Below are positions 1-13,000 of a DNA stretch of 64,000 bases, piece by piece. The notes under the pieces were generated by a model. It worked only from the letters and a program-made list of their open reading frames with translations, was not told the DNA's origin and did not search any database. This DNA comes from Macrostomum lignano. Its lineage: Eukaryota. The DNA is taken from positions 100,967 to 164,966 of the forward strand of contig NIVC01002523.1 of the NCBI GenBank assembly GCA_002269645.1. Reading direction: 5' to 3'. The first letter of the stretch is position 1, and each line of letters starts with the position of its first letter. The position numbers and the translations under genes are program-made.

Positions 1-3000
1 CTGTGGCAGCGGCCGCCTCCTGACGCAGCGCCGCTTCCGTCTGGGCCGCGGAGCTGGCGGCCTCTTCCAGATGGGCGAGACGCTCGCGCACCCGACGCTC
101 CGACTCCTTTGCGGCGGCGGCGGCCCGCTCTGCAGCCGCAACTCGAGCGTTCAGCTGGTCCTCGACAGCCTCCCAGGACAGCTGGGCAGCGGAGTGCGAC
201 TTCTGCAGCGACTCCAGCTGGCGCAGTAGCGGCTGAGACGCCTGAGACGCAGCAGACGCCAGCTCGTCGGCTCGACGTTCGGCCTCCTCAAGGCGACGCG
301 CGGCGCGGCGCGCCTCCTCGCGTAGCGCAGATTCTCTGGCGGCTGCCTCTCGATCGCGAGCTGCCAGCGCCATGCGCAGCTCCTCAATGGTGGCCTGAAA
401 ATGATTTTCAGTGACCTACTAGACTGGCCTACCAACGAGTAGCTAGGTAAGAATGTGAAGCGAATCTCAGTGTGAGGACACGCAATTCTGTCGAGTCTTA
501 ACTGATTTAGCAGACGCCTACTTATAGTAGGGCAAGCAGAAAAATGTCGAAATATTTATGTTGGCCTAAAAAAAACCGTTTAAAAAATTAAAAAATTAAA
601 TAAATGCCTCACCTGTAGTCTCTCAGCCTCCTCAGACCCGGCTTGTTCAGCGGCGCGCAGAGCCGCCCGCAGCTCCTCCCGGGCTGCCAGTTCGGCACTT
701 AGCGCAGCTTCGTGAGTCTCAGCAGCGGACGCGGCCAGCTGTCTGTTGAGCTCGGAGTTCTGCCGATTAGCCGCCTCAAGCAGGCCGCTTAGGGAGCGCT
801 CTCGTTCAGCAATTGAGTCCATTTCGCGCTGCTTCTGCTGCAGCTCCCGCTCGAACCGCTGAGCAGCCTTAGTCAGCTGGGCGACGGCTTCTGACTGGCG
901 CCTGCCGGACTCTTCCGCTTCGTTCAGCTTCTGCCGCAGCTTCTGCGATTCGTCCTCCAGCGCTTTCAACCTTCGATCCCGTTGGGCAACGTGGCTTTCC
1001 AGTTCTTTCTCTCTCGCGCGCAGCTTCTTTAACAGATTGCTAGCCTTCAGCTGCTCCTGGGCCATCCGTTCGCCTTCGCGCATTAGCTCCTGCACCTGCA
1101 GCTCGCGTTCGCGAAGCGCCTCGCTTGGCAAGGCCATCTGTTTGCGCAGCAGCTCTTTCTCTTTTACAGCTTGCTGAAATCGGCGCTCAGCGTCCGCTAT
1201 GCGGCTTGTGAACTCCTCCGTGAGGGAGTTCAGGTCAGTCTGGTTGCTCTGTCTGGCCTCCTCGGATCGGAGCAGCTGACTGGAATAGCGGCGTCATCTG
1301 GGTCATTACACCTGCCGCTCTATGTATCCAGTGGGTCATTACACCTGCCGTTCTATGTATCCAGTGGGTCATTACACCTGCCGCTCTATGTATCCACTGG
1401 GTCATTACACCTGCCGCTCTATATATCCACTGGGTCATTACACCTGCCGCTCTATATATCCACTGGGTCATTACACCTGCCGCTCTATGTATCCAGTGGG
1501 TCATTACACCTGCCGCTCTATGTATCCAGTGGGTCATTACACCTGCCGCTCTATGTATCCACTGGGTCATTACACCTGCCGCTCTATATATCCACTGGGT
1601 CATTACACCTGCCGCTCTATGTATCCAGTGGGTCATTACACCTGCCGTTTTATACAGTATCCAGTGGATCATTACACCTGCCGTTCTATACAGTATCCAG
1701 TGGGTCATTACACCTGCCGTTTTATACAGTATCCAGTGGGTCATTACACCTGCCGCTCTATGTATCCAGAGGGTCATTACACCTGCCGTTCTAATTATCT
1801 AGTGGGCATTACACCTGCCTCTCGATCAGATAGGTCATTACACCTGCCTTCCTATTAGGTGGGTCATTACACCTGCCTCTCGATCAGATAGGTCATTACA
1901 CCTGCCTTCCTATTAGGTGGGTCATTACACCTGCCTCTATCTAGCGGATAATTTTGATTACACCTGCCGTTATTGACAATCAGCAAAATACTTACGCCTT
2001 CAAAGCATCCACAACATCTCTGAGCTCCATGTTTTCGCGATTTAGCTGCAAGAGTTTCTGTTCGCGGACCTCCAGGACCTCCTTTGTTTCCACGAGGCGC
2101 TGATTGTGGAATTGAATAAATGTAAATGCATATTAGTTATAAAAGCATCTATATTCAACTTAAACTAGCATGTTGACTTCTACGCATCAGAGATCAATAG
2201 TTAATACAACTGCAGCTATTGGTTATGTTTAACAGTCGATTTGACACTTCAACCAACAGAACTCTTCTGCTACTCTACACTTGAACTCCTCGTTAACCGC
2301 TCAGTGATCTGTTTAATAGTGAACAAAAAAGTAATTTATACGATAAGAAACACGTTTAGGAATAAGAACTCAGATAGTAAAAAACTGTTTGAGAGGCTCG
2401 AATTAACTACTCTGAAGCTCTAAAAATTTATTTAAGGGATACATCAATAGCGGACTACCGATTAAAACCCAGGAGGGGATAGGAAGGAGGGCAATAGCCC
2501 GCTAACGTACACCTGGGAACCTGAGATGAGACAAGCAGACTACTGATGTACACATAGGAACCGAGGAGACTAACAGCCTACTGATGTACACCTGGGAACC
2601 TGAGATGAGACAAGCAGACTACTGATGTACACATAGGAACCGAAGAGACTAACAGCCTACTGATGTACACATAGGAACCGAAGAGACTAGCAGACTACTG
2701 ATGTACACATAGGAACCGAGGAGACTAGCAGCCTACTGATGTACACATAGGAACCGAGGAGACTAACAGCCTACTGATGTACACCTGGGAACCTGAGATG
2801 AGACAAGCAGACTACTGATGTACACTTGGGAACCGTGGAGACTAGCAGCCTACTGATGTACACCTGGGAACCTGAGAGGAGACAAGCAGACTACTGATGT
2901 ACACATAGGAACCGAGGACTAGCAGCCTACTGATGTACACCTGGGAACCTGAGATGAGACAAGCAGACTACTGATGTACACATAGGAACCGAGGAGACTA

Positions 3001-6000
3001 GCAGCCTACTGATGTACACCTGGGAACCTGAGAGGAGACAAGTAGACTACTGATGTACACATAGGAACCGAGGAGACTAACAGCCTACTGATGTGCACTG
3101 GGAACCTGGGAGGAGACTAGCAGCCTACTGATGTAGAAGGAAAAATGCAGTAGCAGGCAAGATAAATAGTTTTACGTTTATTATTCTATAAAGAAAAGGC
3201 AATGATAGCAAAAGAGGTGAGCGATCAAAGCAGTCAGCGCCGAAGCAGAATCAACTAGGCTTTTCACGAAGATCGGTTCCAGAACCAGAATAATTCCGAT
3301 TCCGGAACCAGAATCGGTAAGAAAATGAAAAGCGCCGAATTTTTCTATTCTATTTTTGTCTAATTATATTACTTATCAAAAGATAACATTTTTATCTAAA
3401 ATCGAGAAACCAATATTCTTTTTGAAATGTTTGAAATGTTATTTCAAATTCATCCTTTTGTTTCTATAGAAATACGACAGCGGATCGAGAAAATTTCTCG
3501 AACCTAATTTCAGAATCGGATCACGGTCCTGGAACCGGTTCTGAAAACGGAACAGACAATATGAAAGGCTTCGAACCGATTCTGGTTCTGGAATCGGTAA
3601 TATGAAAAGCCTAAACCTCAATTAGAGCCCCTTTTAAACTTAAAAAAATTCGAAGGCCCATCAAGAGTAGCCATTGGGTCTCCAGGTTTACATATCACAG
3701 GTAACTACGCTCGTATTTTAAAACTATCAAAATACCAAAAAACTACCAAAAATTCATGCCGTTAAGATAAAAACCAACAACTTGCTAACTAGACTACTGA
3801 TGATGGCGACCCCGAAACAGTTCTGGCCTAGACTGAGTACTATGAGTAGTATACTTTTCCGAATGAAATTTCTTGGACGAAAACAGACTAACGAATATTA
3901 CGGTTTAGTTAGAGATGGAGGCGGGGCAAGGTGCACTATGGCGCACTTTAAGCGACATTGTCACACAACAGGCGAGAGGCATTACTGCCCATTCCACCAA
4001 CTTCCCTGAGCAGGCACACAAGCGCGCGGATACGTACGCAGTCATACGTACAGGCACACTGTAATACTCACACACACTCACACAGGAGTGTAGAGGGACC
4101 CTAATTTTATTTATCGTTAGGAGGCATGTACACTTCACCGTTCTTTGGGGGTTGGCCCTCAAGGGCGTTAATTGCACGAGCAGAGCCAAGCCGAGATTCC
4201 AATTCAGCCCCAAATTAATTTGACTGCACTGGGAATTGAGCCTGGGCCGCTGGAACATCAGAGCGCCGCGCTGGACCACTAGGCTACGCCCCCTATTTTG
4301 AAATAGTTGCTCATACACTATTTTGAATGCATCCGTTTTGCATTCATACAAATGAAGATAAGTACGATATAATTTACCCGTAGTGAATAAAAAACTGATT
4401 AAGAGGTACATTAAGATTAGGAACAATGAGAACAAGAACTACGAGTATCTGATAAAATGAGAATCCAGTGCATGAGCGAGCGCAAACAGTGGTGCATACG
4501 CGACTTTGCACAGAATTGGTTATTATTAACTGTGAATATTGTTACACACAGCATAGTACTGCCAATATTCACGAGTAGTTATCCGCACATACAGCATACA
4601 CTACTTAAATTACGTATAGTAGTCTGTCGTCGACTAGAGTAATTGAAGAGAGTTATAACTCTTGAAGATCCACTTTAAGATTGAAATTTAAAATGGCGCC
4701 AAAAACAAACAAAACAGAAGAACATTTTTGAAACTTTCAAACAGCGTTAATTTAAAGAAAATTTATTGTCTAACTACTGGCTAAATAAGGCACTGTAAAA
4801 GCACAGCGGTGCTCGACTAGCAAGAGATTAGCGGATAAAATGCAGACAGTCCAATTTGTTAACTTAGCTGGTTTATTAAGCTTACAATACCTGCATAGCT
4901 GAGGACTGATGCTGAAAGCAAATGTGGCGCACAGAAAGTCGCATTTATTGAACTGATTAGCTCGGGAAAATGTAAGAAACGACTCTGTACTTTTACGCCT
5001 CATTATTTTGCGTCTAACATTCATTTAAATATTAGTAAGAGTTTATTAGGATGGACACAACAATTATATCAACTATGTACTGACGTACTACTGCCGCAAC
5101 TAATTCCACAGGCATTGATATTTAAGCGCGACAGATCAACTGTATAATTTCTAATAGAGGATATTATTGCAAGGTTATTAAAGCCAGCTAAACAATGGTA
5201 AGCACAGCATAAATTATGACATGCTTCTTATTTAATCCTACTAAAATATACTACTAGTTAGTAGTATAGGCTTTAGTTAGTGCGCAGGTGGAAGCTATTG
5301 TGTGGTATAAATGAAATCGCATAATTAAAAAATCATGCATATTTTTAGCAACGGACACTATTATCAATAAGTGACCATAGTCAGGAAAGACACACATTAT
5401 AAACATGTGACCACAGTCAACAGAAACACTATCAACATGTGACCACAGTCAACAAAGACACATTATCAACATGTGACCACAGTCAACAAAGACACATTAT
5501 AAACATGTGACCACAGTCAACAGAAACACTATCAACATGTGATCACAGTCAACAAAGACACATTATCAACATGTGACCACAGTCAACAGAAACACTATCA
5601 ACATGTGACCACAGTCAACAAAGACAAATTATCAACATGTGACCACAGTCAACAAAGACACATTACAAACATGTGACCACAGTCAACAAAAACACAGTAT
5701 CAACATGTGACCACAGTCAACAAAGACACACTATCAACATGTGACCACAGTAAACAAAGACACATTATCGACATGCGATCACAGGCAACAAAGACACTAT
5801 CAACAAGTGATCACAGTCAACAAAGACACACTATCAACATGTGATCACAGTCAAGTGAGTCAACAAAGACACATCAACAAGTGATCACAGTCAACAAAGA
5901 CACTATCAACAAGTGATCACAGTCAACAAAGACACACTATCAACATGTGATCACAGTCAAGTGAGTCAACAAAGACACATCAACAAGGGACCATAGTCAA

Positions 6001-8735
6001 AAAAGACCAATCAGACAAAAATGGAAGCTGGAATTTCATTCAGTAAAAAATGATAGCATCAGCGCCAAGGCTCTCACCTTGTGCAGCGTAGCCGAATGGT
6101 CGGCCTCGTCCAAAGAGAGAAAGCTGCTGTCGCTCTCGCTGCGATGATGATGACTAGTGTGGCCGGCTTGCCTGGAGCTGTGCGGCGTCACCGGCGAGCA
6201 CATGCTGGCCGCGCTGACGCTGATCACCTCAACGTCTGACGAGTTGCTCGAGTGTGCTTCGGCAGCTCCGCCTGCGGCTCCTCCGCCAATGATGGCCAGC
6301 GACTCATCCGGCGTGGCTCGCGACTTGCCTGATTGGCCACGGCCGCCGCCACTGCCAACTCCACTGCCGCCGCTGCCGCCGTTCTGCTCGTGACTAGATG
6401 AGCGGCTTGAAGCGGCGGACGCTTTACTGGACTCGTCTAATTCCAGCTCGGCTTTGTCCTCTTGTTGCTCGTCTTCATAGTTGGCTATTACGACGGTATC
6501 GGTGTGAAACTGCTGCTCCCACTGAGCATCGGCGTTGGCGGTTGTTGTCACAGCAAGTTTTGCTGCTGCCACCGCCGCCGCCGCCGCAGCGACAGCTGTT
6601 GGCGCAATCGACTCCAAGTCTGTGACGCTCTGCGGCATAGAGGTCAGAGTTGAGTCGCTCATGCTGGACGACAATGTCAGGCTCTCCGAGTGGCTGCTTA
6701 TCTCCAACTGTTGCCGGTCAAGCTCCCCAGCAGGTTCAGCAGCAGCCGCGGGGGAGGCCTCCGTGATTTCTAGAGCAGCAGCTTGCGGGTCTACCGCCTC
6801 TTTTTCTGCTTCGGCTTTATCTATGACAGGCTCTTGTGTGTCCGACTCCACTAGAGGATTGTCGGTTTCGCTGACAGCCACAGTCTGCTGGCTGCCGGCG
6901 GCAATCTCGGCAAGAAGAATTGCGTTCATAGCCTCGTCCGATCTGAGAGTTTGATCAAGCGCATCTTCTGCATCTATGCTGCTATCCGCCATGTCATTGT
7001 CATCTGTAGCCGACTGTTCTCCCACCTGGGTCTGTTGTAGTCCGTCACCCAGATTACTCTGCTGCTGCTCCTGAAGTTGCGTTTTGTCTTCTGCTTCTGC
7101 TGGCTCTTGCTGCCGCTGCTCCTCTTCCTGTTGCTTCCTTAATTCCAGCTGTTTTTGATGCTCAACGTCTTTCAGATTCTCCAACTTTTGTTGCGTCCGC
7201 AATTCTTCCTCTTGTTGACGCTGAATTTCTTTTTGTTCCTCCTGCTGACGCTGAATTTCTTTTTGTTCCTCCTGTTGACGCTGAATTTCTTTTTGTTCCT
7301 CCTGTTGACGCTGAATTTCTTTTTGTTCCTCCTGCTGACGCTGAATTTCTTTTTGTTCCTCTTGTTGACGCTGAATTTCTTTCTGCTTTTCCTGTTGACG
7401 CTGAATTTCATTCTGTTCCTCCTGCTGACGCTGAATTTCATTCTGTTCCTCCTGCTGACGCTGAATTTCTTTCTGTTCCTCCTGCTGACGCTGAATTTCT
7501 TTCTGTTCCTCCTGCTGATGCTGAATTTGATTTTGTTCCTCCTGCTGACGCTGAATTTCTTTTTGTTCCTCCTGTTGACGCTGAATTTCTTTTTGTTCCT
7601 CCTGTTGACGCTGAATTTCTTTTTGTTCCTCCTGTTGACGCTGAATTTCTTTTTGTTCCTCCTGTTGACGCTGAATTTCTTTTTGTTCCTCCTGCTGACG
7701 CTGAATTTCTTTTTGTTCCTCTTGTTGACGCTGAATTTCTTTCTGCTTTTCCTGTTGACGCTGAATTTCTTTCTGTTCCTCCTGCTGACGCAGAATTTCA
7801 TTCTGTTCCTCCTGCTGACGCTGAATTTCTTTCTGTTCCTCCTGCTGACGCTGAATTTCTTTCTGTTCCTCCTGTTGACGCAGAATTTCTTTCTGTTCCT
7901 CCTGCTGACGCTGAATTTGATTTTGTTCCTCCTGCTGACGCTGAATTTCTTTCTGTTCCTCCTGTTGACGCAGAATTTCTTTTTCTTCCTCTTGCTGACG
8001 CGAAATTTTCTCTTCTTTCTGCTTTTCAAGTTCTTTCTGTCTTATCATCAATTCCTCTTCTGCTTGTTTTTTCTGCTTCTGCTCTTTTAATAGAATTTGT
8101 TCTTCACGCTTTCTTTTCTGCTCTACTCTTAGTCGTTGACGTTGCAACTCTTCTTCTTCTGCTTGATCTGGCAGGTCAACTAGGATATTTTCTGGCGGTA
8201 CAGGCGAGCTCGAATGTGGGGCACTAGGCGATTTTGCTATGGCAGGCTGGTCAATACCGAATGAGCTGAAAAAGTCCGAATGTTGCTTGATCTGGCCACC
8301 GCGTACCGTGCTGTCAGAGCTGTCCGCCACCGCCTCCAGACCTCCGGATGTAGACGTGAGCATGATAGACTCCGAGACCCAGTCGCCAACCATTGACGCA
8401 TCCATCCTAGTAGCGCTAGGCATCCTGTGCTGGCCACTTCCGCTTCCGGTCGGAGACGAGCGGCCAGTTGCTTCCTCCGCCGCTACAGACGATGCTGGCG
8501 GCTTCGATCCCGCAGACAGAGCCGCGGATGTTTCTACAGCAATGCCGAATTGTCCAAAAAAGTCGTCTGGCGAGCCGCCAGCGGACGTTCCCGCCGCCGC
8601 CGCAGCGGCCGCAGCAGCTGCCTCCTCTTCGCGAATGTCTAGCGCCTTATCGATGCGCTTCTGCGCCGATTTCAACGCTTTAGAAGTGGCCGACTGCAAC
8701 TTGCCGACGTCCCAGCTACTGAACCAGCCAGACAT
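1..8735 (-). CDS. TMF1: TATA element modulatory factor 1 (golgin TMF1/ARA160) ortholog, 3' part outside window; exons 8735-6078, 2099-1996, 1279-613, 394-<1
   Basis: N-terminus MSGWFSSW...KSAQKRIDKALDI. Spliced coiled-coil segments DLNSLTEEFTSRIADAERRFQQAVKEKE, LMREGERMAQEQLKASNLLKKLRAREKE and SQPLLRQLESLQKSHSAAQLSWEAVEDQL match TMF1 motifs. All three GT-AG junctions preserve frame (phases 0,2,0). Confidence 0.88.
1298..1970. repeat. Minisatellite, ~33-bp unit GGGTCATTACACCTGCCGCTCTATGTATCCAGT, filling TMF1 intron 2
   Basis: About 19 tandem copies visible; source of spurious ORFs 1171-1858. Confidence 0.95.
2500..3135. repeat. Minisatellite, ~36-39-bp unit (CTACTGATGTACACATAGGAACCGAGGAGACTAGCAG and variant) in TMF1 intron 1
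   Basis: Tandem copies of two alternating variants. Confidence 0.93.
3256..3613. mobile_element. MITE-like element, TIR (TA)GGCTTTTCA...TGAAAAGCC(TA), subterminal GGAACCAGAATCGG repeats
   Basis: Inverted termini at 3256-3266 and 3603-3613; related copy at 47527-47784. Confidence 0.55.
3789..3831 (+). ncRNA. Degenerate minimal type I hammerhead ribozyme motif
   Basis: CTAGACTA-CTGATGA-T-GG(CGAC)CC-C-GAAAC-AGTTC-TGGCCTAG: catalytic core, short stem II, 8-bp stem I with one mismatch; helix III is imperfect. Confidence 0.5.
3985..4290 (-). mobile_element. Diverged copy of tRNA-derived SINE family B
   Basis: Shares GTGTACATGCC, TGTGTGAGTG and GGAATGGGCAG blocks with the copies at 14310, 43128, 50945 and 59888. 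Confidence 0.45.
5365..6000. repeat. Minisatellite, ~29-34-bp unit AACATGTGACCACAGTCAACAAAGACACATTATC in TMF1 intron 1
   Basis: About 20 tandem copies. Confidence 0.93.
7215..8000 (-). repeat. Coding 30-bp minisatellite, about 26 x QQEEQKEIQR, in TMF1 exon 1
   Basis: In frame within ORF 6036-8735. Confidence 0.95.
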
Positions 8736-9279
8736 TTTGCCTGCTACAGTTGAGATGTTATTGTTTTAGTTTTCCAGAGCTACGCTTCTGAGACAATTAC
8801 TATTTTTGTATTATTAGCAACTTTTGCGGCTATTTTAAGCCCGCATCAATGATGAGCTGGTTAACTTGAGCAGCTGAAATGGCGCAAGCAATGATTTATT
8901 AACATTTGTTTAGTACTGCTGTTAGTAGTAGTAAAGCTGGCACTTATGATGACTCTTTCATATTGCCAAAAAGTAAAAGCAAATCGGATTACGTCACTTA
9001 GGTGGAATTATTTTTGAAAAAAATTATTTACTTCTTAACTTCAGGCTATTTAGGAGCAAAATAATGTCAATGCAGAAATTACCAATGAGCTGGGAAAAGC
9101 AGAGTACAAAAATATTATCCAGCTAACTGCTTAGTTTGACTGAAAGATCAAATGAAATACAAAGAGTAAACAAATGGAAATTTCAAATAAGAGCAATGAT
9201 ATTTGATGTTTGATAATAATGTTTAGTTTAAGAGTAAAATTGCTAATTGATTATAAACTGGAGCAACTAGGGTTTGATA

Positions 9280-9782
9280 TCGGGAGTGAGTGTTCATTGG
9301 GGTGGGGAAAGCGGGCTATTGTGCCCTGAAATCGGGAGTGGAGGTACTTTGGGGTGAGGAAAGCGGGCTATCATGCCCTGAAATCGGGAGTGGATGTACT
9401 TTGGGGTGAGGAAAGCGGGCTATCATGCCCTGAAATCGGGAGTGGGTGTACATTGGGGTGAGGAAAGCGGGCTATTGTGCCCTGATATCGGGAGTGGATG
9501 TACATTGGGGTGAGGAAAGCGGGCTATTGTGCCCTGATATCGGGAGTGGATGTACTTTGGGGTGAGGAAAGCGGGCTATTGTGCCCTGATATCGGGAGTG
9601 GATGTACTTTGGGGTGAGGAAAGTGGGCTATTGTGCCCTGATATCGGGAGTGGATGTACTTTGGGGTGAGGAAAGCGGGCTATTGTGCCCTGATATCGGG
9701 AGTGGGTGTACATTGGGGTGAGGAAAGCGGGCTATCATGCCCTGATATCGGGAGTGGGTGTACATTGGAGTGAGGAAAGCGG
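9280..9782. repeat. Minisatellite, 52-bp unit TGCCCTGATATCGGGAGTGGATGTACATTGGGGTGAGGAAAGCGGGCTATTG, between TIMELESS and TMF1
   Basis: About 10 copies, 52-nt spacing (e.g. 9323 to 9375). Confidence 0.95.
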
Positions 9783-10056
9783 AAAATTAAATTAATATGA
9801 AATTGAATTGAATTGAAAAAATGCAGCCTGTTGTAACATAAAATGCCATGTCATTAGTAAACAACGATAAAAAATGCTTTGTTGCAAATTTAACAGAACA
9901 GGAACAATATTCGCATAATAAAACATAAACTAAGTCAGGTCACAATAAATAAATAGTGATGAAAAAGTTTACAGCCGAACAGTTTACCTGAAAAGTTTAC
10001 AGGTAAATTGACACTAAATAATAAGAATAAATGTACTATTAAGAATTAAATAGCTA

Positions 10057-13000
10057 TTATTCCGAGTCGCTACTCATGATCAGCTTCTGACGTTTCTGTT
10101 TGACGGCGGCAGACAACGGCGATACAGTCGATAAGGCAGCGGCCGATCGTGCCGACTTGCCGACGCCGACAACTGGGTCGGTCTCATCATCGGATGATGA
10201 CGAAGAGGAAGACGAAGACAGACGGGGCCGTTTGCTGTTGCGCTTCTCCTGCGTGTCGGCGTCGACATCGACGTTTTCTTTGTCGGCCGCCGCCGATGCG
10301 GCGGCAGAGGAAACGGACTGACGGCTGTTGCTGTCCTCAGCGACTGGCGCGCCGCCGGTGCGTCCAGCCGGCAGGATGTAGGCGTCAAACTCGCTGCGAT
10401 CGGCCGCCGTCGTCGTGGACTTCAACGCTGGCGGCGAGTTGAGAATGCCGTCAAAGGCTAGCGGATCTTCACGACGCGATGGTGGCAATCTGAGCTGCTG
10501 TTGCTGGCGTTGGCGCCGAAAGTCTGCTAGGCTGGTGCACGGCCCGGACTTGTGCGCGTCGGTGAACTCGTCAGAAACGTCGTTGTTGTCGTCGGCAAAT
10601 TGTCGCAGCACATTCCGGATGTCCTCGTCGCCAATGCCATCGATGTCGCTGTCGCCGTCGCCGCCGTTTTCATCAGCGTCGCCATTGTCGCTATCGGAGA
10701 ACTCTGGCCGGCCAAAGTTGGCCAGCACCAGGGCCTCGAGATCGGCATTCGGGGCGGCCAACAAGTCCAGGACTCGGCGCAGCTTCTCAGCGCTGGCGTC
10801 GGCCGGGCAGCGCCAGAATCGGCTGGCGGCATCCAGGGCCGGCGGCTGCAGGCCGGCGCTAAGCAGCAGACCGGCGCAGATTGGCTCCTCGTCCAGAGCG
10901 GCGTCGGCAGCCGGGTCAAGACAGAGCAAAACCTGCTCGTCGGCGTCACCAGCCAGACGGTCGCGCAGACAGTCGGCCAGCTGGTCAGCTAGCCAGGCCA
11001 GGCAGGCGGCCACGCCGGGCCGATCGGACTGCAGTCGGCGGGCATTCAACAGCCGCTCGGCCAGTTTGGCTTCGTCCATGCGCGGAGCCGGCGGTGCCGG
11101 CGCCGAGGCCGATTTAGCGGCAGCAGAGCCCGAGGGTGGAACGAATTCCTCGCCATCGCGACCTGCCCGACGATCCGCTTCATCGCTGTCGCTATCATCC
11201 GAGGTCGCGCCTTTCTGTCCGCTAGTCGCTTTGCTGCGACGCTGGCGTGCCTTCGAACTTGACGGATTATCGCCCGGTCGCTTGGCCCGCTTCGCTTTGG
11301 TCGCCGGCTTCTTGCGGAAATCGGCCGCCTTGGAGCCGAGGCCCAGCTGCACCATGCGCCGCATCACCCGGCGCCGGCTGCGGCCCCGGTCGCTCAGTTC
11401 CGACTGCACAAATTCTACAATGTCGTTTACGTCCTCGCGTTGAACGGCCAGATCGTACAGGCAGCGCAGCTCAGCGTCCAGATTCTCCGTCCAGCGAGCT
11501 TTTTCGCCCAGACGTCGGGCAGCCGCTGCGCCTTTCGGATCGATGGCGGCGGCGTAGTTGTCGGAGATATCCCGCGCCTCAGGCAGCGACTTGAGGAACA
11601 GGGGCTCGCAGAATACGGCCGGATTGCGTTTCACCGCGGCGACAAACTGGCCGACAATATGGCGACAGAGGCGCGGCAGCTCCTTGTCCGGACAGTCGGG
11701 ATCCTTCAGCACAGTCTGCAGTACGCGGAACGTTCTCAGCTGGTAGAACATGGGCCCGGCGCTGGTTTCTGTGATCATTTTATGCGCTAGCCGGACAGCG
11801 CTACAATTGACGGCTGGCGCGTTTAGCCGATAGTTGGCCAACACCCGGGTCAACGCGAGCACAGTGGCGGGATGACAGAACCGCAGCAAGTATTCGCCGC
11901 TGTCGAAACGGCCTTTCTCGAATTCTAAGTCTTCCTCGTCGTCGACTAGACCCTGCGCCTCGAGGAGCTCCTCGTTCACAGGCGGCGCCTCATCGTCCGC
12001 CTCCTCGTTGCCAACGGCGACGTCAGCATCAGGCTCGGCCGCATCCGGCTTTGCACTGTCAACGAGACTGGCGTCCATTAGGATCGCTCGCAGCAACAGC
12101 AGATCGTCGGCAATGTCGAAGTGGCCGCACATGGGGAACAACAGCCGGCAGCGCCGAGCGCACACCACCGACTCTGCTAGGCGGCCGTCGATAAGCAGAC
12201 GCTGTACAGCGCCGGCTGCTGAAGCCGCCTGCTCGGCCTCTGGAGCCAGTGGGTCGAACAGGCGCGGCAGGCCGGCTTCGTTAACCTCGGCCTCGACGCC
12301 TTCGGGAGGCGCGGAAACCAGCTGGCTGAGCGCGTCGCCGAAGCTGTTCCACAAGTCGTCGCGCTGCTCCTCCGTCAGCACTGTCGCCTGTTGCTGTTGC
12401 TGTTTAGCCGCTTTCCGTTTGCTAGATTTATTACCTTGCTGTCGGCGACGGCGCCTAGCCTTGGCGCGGCTCTTCCTGCGCTGCTGCACCAGATTGCCGT
12501 CTCGGGCCCAGCGGTCCATTAGGCGCATCATAGCGAATCCGCCTTCTAGGACTTCCCTATAGAGATCCAGGCCCGCCCAGCGGTCTTGGATGCTGCGCAA
12601 TAGTTCGGGATAGGCATCGCGATACTCTGGCAGGTACAGAACCTCGCGGGCCAGGGCGCGGGACTCTTCCACCTGGGCTAGCCAATCGGGATCAGTCTCG
12701 TAATCGGCCGGGCTATTTTTATTAGCTGAATTAGACGGCAGGGCGATGGCAGCTGACAGCACTAGAAACATTTGATTATAGGCGCTCAAGGCTAGCAATA
12801 GCCGGCGCGACCAAATAGCTTGATTGGCGCCGCGCTCAAGATTGGCGCTCTCCGCGCAGGTCATTATCTGGCGATGAACGAAGCCGAACGAGTCCAAGCT
12901 AAACGCGGCAGTCAGATGGTGCAGCGCGGGGCGCCGGGATCCGCCAGGCCGGTGTCGGGCGTAGGCAAAGAAGAACTTCACGGACCAGAGGTAGAAGGTC

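Noticed and set aside
1171-1858. Repetitive ORFs in satellites (also 16128-16780, 24033-24516, 34774-35979, 37042-37371, 55861-56397)
   Set aside because: Translations of stop-free repeat units inside introns or gaps; no real starts or domain content.
7155-8090. Hydrophobic 311-aa (+) and basic 285-aa (-) ORFs
   Set aside because: Antisense and alternate-frame shadows of the TMF1 QQEEQKEIQR repeat.
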